This document shows, piece by piece, positions 58,289 to 64,000 of a stretch of 64,000 nucleotides of DNA; the first letter of the stretch is position 1, and each line of letters begins with the position of its first letter. The notes under the pieces are model-generated. The model ran no database searches and was not told the origin of the DNA. It worked only from the letters and a program-made list of their open reading frames with translations. This stretch comes from a virus. A program made the translations under genes and the position numbers. The stretch spans positions 120,112 to 184,111 of IMG/VR virus record IMGVR_UViG_3300037755_000305; one strand, written 5' to 3'.

Positions 58289-58365
58289 TGGCACGGCTGA
58301 TAGGATTCGAACCTACAATCTCTGCCTTCGCAGGGCAGGGCTTTCTCCAATTAAGCTACAGCCGT
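58289..58365 (-). tRNA. tRNA-Arg(GCG)
   Basis: CTGCC-CT-GCG-AA-GGCAG; CCA. Confidence 0.9.
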
Positions 58366-58370
58366 ATGTG

Positions 58371-58400
58371 TGGTGGAGACGGTCGGAATCGAACGCCCCC
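58371..58400 (-). pseudogene. 30-nt Ala acceptor microhelix (internally deleted tRNA-Ala)
   Basis: GGGGGCG-TTCGATTCCGAC-CGTCTCC-ACCA; G3:U70. Confidence 0.7.
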
Positions 58401-58422
58401 TAATATGTCCTTTCCTTCAAAG

Positions 58423-58495
58423 TGGTCCAAGGGGCAAGACTCGCACCTGCATTTCCGAGAATTCTCTCGGCGTCCTACGGTTAGACGACCCCGGG
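58423..58495 (-). pseudogene. Degenerate tRNA (6-nt anticodon loop AGAATT)
   Basis: Acceptor, D and T arms and CCA present; anticodon loop abnormal. Confidence 0.6.
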
Positions 58496-58550
58496 ATATT
58501 TCTGGCGAGCAGGTAACCGGACAGATCTCTGTCCAAAACTCGCCGTAATG

Positions 58551-58626
58551 TGGTTGGGGAGGAGGGAATCGAACCCTCTACCTCCGATTTATCAGATCGG
58601 CTATCTAACCAATGATATACACCCCA
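58551..58626 (-). tRNA. tRNA-Ile(GAT)
   Basis: Cloverleaf, CCA. Confidence 0.9.
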
Positions 58627-58645
58627 ATAAGTCCTTTCAAACTTG

Positions 58646-58720
58646 TGGTACTCCCGAACGGTTTCGATCCGTCTTCTCCGCCTTGAGAGGGCAGTATTCT
58701 AGCCAGTAAACTACGGGAGC
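58646..58720 (-). tRNA. tRNA-Glu(CTC)
   Basis: Cloverleaf, CCA; paralog of Glu(TTC). Confidence 0.9.
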
Positions 58721-58726
58721 GTAGTA

Positions 58727-58801
58727 TGGAGCCTCCACTCGGAATCGAACCGAGATCCTCTGAGTACAAAACAGAAATTCTAGCCATTGAACTATAGAGG
58801 C
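58727..58801 (-). tRNA. tRNA-Thr(TGT)
   Basis: TCTGT-TT-TGT-AC-TCAGA; G1-C72, C2-G71; CCA. Confidence 0.8.
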
Positions 58802-58807
58802 AAAATA

Positions 58808-58883
58808 TGGAGCACCATGTCGGGTTCGAACCGACCGCCTTCTGGGTGGAAGCCAGACGCTCTACCAAATGAGCTAATGGTGC
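58808..58883 (-). tRNA. tRNA-Gly(TCC)
   Basis: Cloverleaf, U73, CCA. Confidence 0.92.
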
Positions 58884-58889
58884 ATTATG

Positions 58890-58965
58890 TGGTGGAGACA
58901 GAGGGAATCCAACCCTCCTCAGCCGCATTGCAAGTGCAGCTCGCCCGCTTGGAACATGTGCCCCC
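58890..58965 (-). tRNA. tRNA-Ala(TGC)
   Basis: G3:U70; TGC anticodon; CCA. Confidence 0.88.
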
Positions 58966-58984
58966 TAATTTCCTTCCGTGTAAC

Positions 58985-59059
58985 TGGTTGCGACGGGTGG
59001 AATCGAACCACCGACATAGGGCTTATGAAACCCCTGTTCTACCCCTGAACTACGCCGCA
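58985..59059 (-). tRNA. tRNA-Met(CAT) (elongator or Ile2 type unresolved)
   Basis: Cloverleaf, CAT anticodon, CCA. Confidence 0.88.
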
Positions 59060-59066
59060 TCAAACT

Positions 59067-59105
59067 AAAAAGCCCTTGTACCTTCGGTCAGGTACAAGGG
59101 CTTTT
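59067..59105 (-). terminator. Attenuator terminator ahead of tRNA block 2
   Basis: AAAAGCCCTTGTACCT-GACCGA-AGGTACAAGGGC-TTTTT; the T run ends 8 nt before tRNA-Met. Confidence 0.9.
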
Positions 59106-59127
59106 GTAAAACCTCTTTGCACCCGGA

Positions 59128-59247
59128 CTACATGCGCTCTCCGCGCATTGCCCATTCTCGACCCATACCGGCTGTGGCCGGAATGGTGCCGACGCCGATA
59201 ATTCCGGTCGTGGCAAATGCTGTCGTGTTGAATGCTATGTTGTCCAT
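59128..59247 (-). CDS. Leader peptide 2 (MDNIAFNTTAFATTGIIGVGTIPATAGMGREWAMRGERM)
   Basis: 39-codon ORF ending 22 nt before the terminator hairpin; TTGCAG-N17-TATATC promoter just upstream; composition matches block 2 tRNAs. Confidence 0.75.
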   Translation of the reverse strand: MDNIAFNTTAFATTGIIGVGTIPATAGMGREWAMRGERM

Positions 59248-59336
59248 GATGTAGATATAACACCTTCGTTCGTTCGCTGCAAGCTCTTTAGTCTATTTCT
59301 CTCAGCAGTCAAAAAAAGTCGGGCAACGGGGTCTCC

Positions 59337-59481
59337 ACTCCCCTAATGCGGTCGTTTTCATGTATCCGGGGACTCAAGGATGGACCCCACATGGCTGGTT
59401 GCCAGCGTACTCGACAGGGTGAACCTCCACCCCTCCACATGCCCTTCCGAGCCACCTCGATTTGAGGCTCCCGGCATGAAT
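59337..59481 (-). ncRNA. Candidate 6S-like rod-shaped ncRNA
   Basis: Terminal stems TTCATG/CATGAA and CCGGG/CCCGG; internal CATGTGG/CCATGTG; central bubble; CCTTGAG on the 3' strand; T run downstream. Confidence 0.35.
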
Positions 59482-59521
59482 TCTACTCTTCGGCAGAGTC
59501 AGGAGGATCTTTAGTGTTTTC

Positions 59522-59833
59522 TTAGCCAACATCCACTTTTTTAGTTCGCTTCTTTGCCCAGGTTTCATCTACAAGCCTGTGGATCGCCTCAGGATCGTCT
59601 GGAGATTCTGCCTGCCATCGGTCATGAGCTTCTAAGATATCGCTGATTGTGATGTCTTCTACACCCGCCTCAGCCAAAGAAGCCTCTATAGACACACTTT
59701 CGTTATCCAGCAAATCCGTTCCCCGGGGGAGGTATGCCATTAAGTCTTCTCGATCAGAGAACAAAGAAATAGCTTTTTGCCAGCGTTTGCGAGTAGTTCT
59801 ATCGGTATAAGGTTTGTTTGATTTACGCAACAT
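59522..59833 (-). CDS. Hypothetical protein
   Basis: Coupled to the paralog array. Confidence 0.55.
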   Translation of the reverse strand: MLRKSNKPYTDRTTRKRWQKAISLFSDREDLMAYLPRGTDLLDNESVSIEASLAEAGVEDITISDILEAHDRWQAESPDDPEAIHRLVDETWAKKRTKKVDVG

Positions 59834-60393
59834 TAAGAGTCGTCTATCCCATATAGCGATATTCTACCGCTTGTTAGATTTCCATCAGAAGAGAAAAATT
59901 GAATAGCATCAACAGCGCCAATATTAGAAATAAGCCCACCTCTGCACTGCGGTGTAAATAATTGTCCCTCAGAATCTAACTGGGCTAAATTTGCTGTTAT
60001 GCAACAAGCATTAGTAGCTTGATGAGGATTATGTATGTATACAAATCCGTTCAAAGATTCTTCTGAAGCGTTACCCATAAATTGAGCAGAATCACGAGTT
60101 AGGTTTATTTTAGTGTCAGCGCCATCCACAGATATTACAACTGTAGGAGCTACTGACTTTACAGACCATGCATAATCAGAAGCCCCAGAAAGAAAACTAG
60201 ATCCTCCGTTTGTCGATAATCTCATTTGCAACTGTGTTTCATCCACAGCAGGAATAAGGTTATCAATATGAACAGCATAAGTTTTGTAGGACCCTGTTAG
60301 GTTGAAGTCTACTGTAGCATCATCTGAAACTATAGTTGTTTGTAAAACAGACCAAACTCCTCCGCTACCTCCTGCTCCAGGATTATAACTCAT
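59833..60393 (-). CDS. Beta-rich paralog 3 (tail-fibre-tip-like domain)
   Basis: MSYNP...GGVW...ATVDF.LTG...IHIDN.IPA.D...GGSSF.SG.SDY...SG.I.LYG. Confidence 0.7.
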   Translation of the reverse strand: MSYNPGAGGSGGVWSVLQTTIVSDDATVDFNLTGSYKTYAVHIDNLIPAVDETQLQMRLSTNGGSSFLSGASDYAWSVKSVAPTVVISVDGADTKINLTRDSAQFMGNASEESLNGFVYIHNPHQATNACCITANLAQLDSEGQLFTPQCRGGLISNIGAVDAIQFFSSDGNLTSGRISLYGIDDS

Positions 60394-60947
60394 TATCCTA
60401 CTCCGTACAGTGTTATGGTTCCAGAACTTAGATTACCTGTGTCCGCCATAAGTCGTATTTCATCCACTTCATCAATATTCGCTATCAGTCCTCCGTGCAT
60501 CTGGTGTCCTGATAAAAGTGCTTCGTCGCTTAGAAAGCCAATGTCTCCTGTTACCATAACAGCATTAGTAGTTTGTTTAGCGTTATGTATGTACACCCAA
60601 CCATTCAAAGACTCTGCCGTACCGGTACCCATCAAGTTACCAAAGTCCGGAGTAATTACAATAGATCCGTCTGCTACGTCACCATCCGTATAACTAGCTG
60701 AAGAGCTTGCACCTTCTGTAACCCAAGCATAGTCAGAAGCACCTGCCAAAAAACTGGACCCACTATCAACAGAAAACCTAAGCCACAATTCGCTATCGTT
60801 ATCCACAGGAATAAGATTGTCTATGTGTATAGCGTAATATGCAGGTGTACCGGTCAACTCCATATCTACTGTAGCTTGATTAGATACTACTACAGTCTCT
60901 ATAACAGACCATAAACCGCCTTCTCCACTTGATGGTATATAGCTCAT
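60393..60947 (-). CDS. Beta-rich paralog 2
   Basis: Same motif series as its neighbours. Confidence 0.7.
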   Translation of the reverse strand: MSYIPSSGEGGLWSVIETVVVSNQATVDMELTGTPAYYAIHIDNLIPVDNDSELWLRFSVDSGSSFLAGASDYAWVTEGASSSASYTDGDVADGSIVITPDFGNLMGTGTAESLNGWVYIHNAKQTTNAVMVTGDIGFLSDEALLSGHQMHGGLIANIDEVDEIRLMADTGNLSSGTITLYGVG

Positions 60948-61510
60948 TAAAGCCCCAATCCGTACAATGTCATATTGCCTGTAGATAAATTTCCAGACGT
61001 AGCAAAAAACTGTATAGCGTCTACAGCATCTACACTATTGTTATTGAGTCCTCCTGACTTTACTCCAACTACAGTGTCTCCAGACCCACGAAGAGAAATT
61101 TCGGAAGTGAAACATGTAGCATTGTTTGCTTGCCGAGCATTATGAATGTATACATTTGCGTTCAAAGATTCTCCGGCTGCTGTACCCATACGTTGTCCTG
61201 ATGATGGCGGGCCCAGCGCCATAGAGGACACTGCGTCACTGGCTCCTGCTGCGTTAATTGTACCGCTAATTCCCAAAGTCCTAAGGGCATAATCGCTTAC
61301 ACCTGAAAAGAAAGAAGACCCCCCATCAACAGAATATCTAACTTCAAGAAGCTGATCGTCGTTCGCTGGAACGATATTAGCCATATGAATCATGTACATT
61401 TTGTACGTGCCAGTAAGATCGAATTCTACGGTCGCTTGATTTGATATGGTAACTGAGGACAGCTCTGTCCAGGCTCCGCCGCCCAATAGATCATTTGGAT
61501 TGTAGCTCAT
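60947..61510 (-). CDS. Beta-rich paralog 1
   Basis: Same motif series as its neighbours. Confidence 0.7.
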   Translation of the reverse strand: MSYNPNDLLGGGAWTELSSVTISNQATVEFDLTGTYKMYMIHMANIVPANDDQLLEVRYSVDGGSSFFSGVSDYALRTLGISGTINAAGASDAVSSMALGPPSSGQRMGTAAGESLNANVYIHNARQANNATCFTSEISLRGSGDTVVGVKSGGLNNNSVDAVDAIQFFATSGNLSTGNMTLYGLGL

Positions 61511-61524
61511 TACAGGGCCTCCCC

Positions 61525-61863
61525 TTAGAGATAACCCCTCTTCTTGAGGCGAACAGCTTCCCTTCTCGTAAGAGTGTCGTCGCGTTCAAGGGCACAAAGG
61601 CCCTCGTCCAACCAGCCTCCGACATAGTACACCCCGTCCAATTCGGGCCAGTTTTCCACAGTAAGCAGGACACGGTACCGAAAATCTGCAATACCGGTGG
61701 CTCCAGACGGAGTCTCTCCGCAGACAAGCCTAAAATTAATGGTGTCCACGTACAGGTTTTCAATAGGGTCTATAGGTCCATGACGTGTCTTCACGGCTAC
61801 AGCAGACCTTGGTAGCGTGATCGGCTTGGCTTCTTTCACAGCACAATGTTGATCGAGAGACAA
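61525..61863 (-). CDS. Hypothetical protein
   Basis: ORF between the DDAH-like gene and the paralogs. Confidence 0.45.
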   Translation of the reverse strand: MSLDQHCAVKEAKPITLPRSAVAVKTRHGPIDPIENLYVDTINFRLVCGETPSGATGIADFRYRVLLTVENWPELDGVYYVGGWLDEGLCALERDDTLTRREAVRLKKRGYL

Positions 61864-62606
61864 GAGATGTGTCCGTTTGCCTTGTTGTACTCGGACAGAT
61901 CAACCGTCTCCACATCAAAACCTTTGTCCCGAAGCATGCCAATCGTGAACAAAGAGTCTGCGGAAGCAATCAGACAACCATCAGCCAACCGCACCACGTT
62001 GGCTCCGTTATATTCCCCCATAGGGGCCCAGAGGACTTTGTAGTCCTTGAGGAAAGGATAACCTTCCAGGTACTCAGAAGCCAAAAGCCACCCGTCACCA
62101 AGGTAACTAAGCCCAGAGCCCAAATGCGGCATGGCATCCTGTCTGCGCTTGGCGGTACGGATCGGTAGATCCATAGTCAATTTCTTGCGGATTTGTTGCA
62201 CACCGGCGTATGCTGTTTTCTTGTCACACCCAACGATATATTCGCGATTCGTCTTGACTACCTCACCAACATCAAGTTCGGCAGGAAGTCCCATCTGACC
62301 TACCACAGTAACGTACTTCGACAGAGCGCGATGAAGATGGCTACGGTGTCTGGGTTCCTTCAATCGCCACCCTGACATGCAATTGGTAATCAGAGCCTCA
62401 TCGCCTGCTACGAATGCTGTATCCTGAGTGAACGTACCGGCGCAATACTTCCAGCTACGAGGAAGCATCTCGATTTTGTAGCCGTGTCTGCGATAAATAC
62501 CGCGAAGATTCTGATGTTGCCGTAATGCCTTGGAAAAACTGATAGCGTCTTCGTTATAAGCTGCGTAGTTGCGAGAGGGCTCTCGCATTACGGCTACCTT
62601 GACCAT
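61836..62606 (-). CDS. Dimethylarginine dimethylaminohydrolase/amidinotransferase family protein
   Basis: ALRQHQ, TFTQDTAF, LDVGEV, PHLGSG, GAN.VR, EYNKANGHISCLS (catalytic Cys). Confidence 0.8.
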   Translation of the reverse strand: MVKVAVMREPSRNYAAYNEDAISFSKALRQHQNLRGIYRRHGYKIEMLPRSWKYCAGTFTQDTAFVAGDEALITNCMSGWRLKEPRHRSHLHRALSKYVTVVGQMGLPAELDVGEVVKTNREYIVGCDKKTAYAGVQQIRKKLTMDLPIRTAKRRQDAMPHLGSGLSYLGDGWLLASEYLEGYPFLKDYKVLWAPMGEYNGANVVRLADGCLIASADSLFTIGMLRDKGFDVETVDLSEYNKANGHISCLSINIVL

Positions 62607-62643
62607 CTGTGTGTCGCTCCGTGTAAGGTGTAAATCTTCAAAA

Positions 62644-62728
62644 TGGTGGGGGCGGCGGGACTCGAACCCGCATGACCGAAGTCAGAGAATTTTAAGTTCT
62701 CCGTGTAAACCAGTTCCACCACGCCCCC
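62644..62728 (-). tRNA. tRNA-Leu(TAA)
   Basis: Cloverleaf, long variable arm, CCA. Confidence 0.94.
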
Positions 62729-62882
62729 ATATTATAGAAGAGAGTCCCCCGGAGTCCTGAGATTGTTTAGGTTGCTCATTTCTCTGGGGTCCTCTCTATC
62801 ACCGCCTGTCGCGGTTTTTAGTCGTCTGGTACTCGATTCCAGACCTCACAGCTACGCCATGAGCGCCCCACTGGCCGACAAA

Positions 62883-62949
62883 GCCTGAACTGGGATTTGG
62901 CCCAGATTACCGGGGTAAAAGCCCGGTGTGTTAATTACACTATTCAGAA
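62883..62949 (-). pseudogene. Degenerate tRNA with TTT anticodon
   Basis: Short D-arm; CCGGG-CT-TTT-AC-CCCGG; T-loop lacks TTC; no CCA. Confidence 0.5.
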
Positions 62950-63102
62950 CTAAACAGTATCTCGGGCATCTTCCAATGCCTGAAACGCCTCATCTAGCTT
63001 GATGAAGCGAAAGCTATCCATGTCTTTCGCCTCTTCGTCTCGCAGAGCGTCTACGGCGTCCATAACGTTGGAGTAAGCCGCCATCACGTCGTTTCTTGTC
63101 AT
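62950..63102 (-). CDS. Small helical hypothetical protein
   Basis: GAGG RBS; 50 aa; not in the ORF track. Confidence 0.45.
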   Translation of the reverse strand: MTRNDVMAAYSNVMDAVDALRDEEAKDMDSFRFIKLDEAFQALEDARDTV

Positions 63103-63483
63103 GTATTCCTCATTCCTCAGACTTTATGTCTACATTCTGACCGGTTTCCCCGGTCTCACCAGTTGCGTATTTTGCGACCCGTTCGGACCGCAGTTCAGTT
63201 CCCTTGTCTTCCGCCAGTTCCATTATGGTCTCAACTCTGTGACGACCATCACACATGGCGTAGACGTCTTTCATTTCCTCGTCATTCACCCTCAGGAGGA
63301 TGTGCCACTTGTCTTCGGCTCGTATGGTGGATTTCTTTAGCCCTAAAAAGGGCTTTTTCCAGTCCCAGTTATCTCCTTCTGCCCATTTGGCCGTTTTGGT
63401 AGGACCAATCACGATTTCTACAGGTTTCCAGCTCACACAACTCTCCAATTCTCGCCAGCAACATCCGGCGTCGTCTCGCTCTT

Positions 63484-63510
63484 GTATCGGTAAAGCTGTC
63501 CATAACTTTA
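63484..63510 (-). promoter_or_regulatory. sigma28-type promoter
   Basis: TAAA-N15-ACCGATAC. Confidence 0.7.
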
Positions 63511-63518
63511 GGGAAAAT

Positions 63519-63636
63519 TGGTTGCTGAGACAGGATTCGAACCTGCATGCCGTCGCTTTGGTCCATCGCTCGTAAGCCGCTTTTCCAATCAGGCGGGATC
63601 TTATAGGACCCTGTGTCTTCCATTCCACCACTCCGT
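63519..63636 (-). pseudogene. Oversized/chimeric tRNA-like element
   Basis: Leu-type D-arm at the 5' end, 6-nt anticodon loop, about 45-nt insert, normal T-arm and CCA; acceptor strands do not pair. Confidence 0.45.
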
Positions 63637-63664
63637 TAGACCGCCTGTCGCGATCACATAGATT

Positions 63665-63738
63665 TGGAGGAGCTACTCGGAATCGAACCGAGGACTTCTG
63701 GGTTGCAACCAGACACCTTACCACTTGGCTATAGCTCC
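63665..63738 (-). tRNA. tRNA-Cys(GCA)
   Basis: Cloverleaf, U73, CCA. Confidence 0.92.
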
Positions 63739-64000
63739 CTAATGCTGATGCGTTCGTGTTTTTCTAACTCTTTTGCTATGGTATTTGCTACGCGAATAGA
63801 CAAATGATGTCTAGCCAGAGCATCTTCAGAAGACACGCTATTGTTAACATAGCGTGCATAAGGTCTAATTTCCAGTTTTTTTACGTCGTCTACATCTACA
63901 TTTGACAAACCTGCATCTTGTGCGCTTTTCAGCAACTTATACAACTTGTGTGTGTGTTCCGGCTTTTCTCCACTTTTCAACAAAAATAGCTTCAAAGACT
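63729..64000 (-). CDS. Partial gene entering from the right edge (HEPN-like, tentative)
   Basis: HTHKLYKL...PYARY pattern. Confidence 0.3.
   Translation of the reverse strand, partial: SLKLFLLKSGEKPEHTHKLYKLLKSAQDAGLSNVDVDDVKKLEIRPYARYVNNSVSSEDALARHHLSIRVANTIAKELEKHERISIREL

Noticed and set aside
58371-58400. tmRNA 3' end
   Set aside because: The Ala-type 5' acceptor strand lies directly upstream, with no tag ORF or pseudoknots. It is better explained as a deleted tRNA-Ala.
63110-63724. 204-aa ORF in the track
   Set aside because: Its N-terminal half reads through tRNA-Cys and a tRNA-like element. Only the 3' part may be coding, and its start is unclear.

Overview
This is a 64-kb segment of a large tailed-phage genome read in standard code 11. 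(1) 1-17 kb is a minus-strand head and packaging block: terminase, an intein-containing portal, an Fe/Mn-SOD, a prohead protease and probable head proteins, with a RuvC-like resolvase on the plus strand. (2) 17.5-32.4 kb is a plus-strand virion and lysis block: neck proteins, an HNH cassette, a holin-like gene, LamG-type proteins, a 1490-aa CCA-adding enzyme/Fic fusion, a GH108 lysozyme and a sulfotransferase. (3) 32.4-64 kb is a mostly minus-strand accessory region. Its proteins include RtcB, Map, a macrodomain, a DDAH-like and a TrpC-like enzyme, a heptose adenylyltransferase, a PEP-CTERM protein and homing endonucleases. Its RNAs include about 33 tRNAs, several non-canonical tRNA-like elements and a compact RNase P RNA. 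The standout observation is that the tRNAs are sorted into blocks by amino acid (N/P/K/Q/S at 39.8-42.8 kb; M/A/G/T/E/I/R/W/V at 48.9-59.1 kb). Each block is headed by a short leader ORF plus an intrinsic terminator, and the leader codons match that block's isoacceptors. This looks like multi-amino-acid, ribosome-mediated attenuation of phage tRNA operons. Other highlights are eight sigma28-type promoters, a candidate selenoprotein (in-frame UGA plus SECIS-like hairpin), three circularly permuted tRNA-like (YrlA-like) RNAs, and Lys/Asn tRNAs with long variable arms. All product calls come from motif recognition by eye; no database searches were run. Several small indels may be assembly errors.
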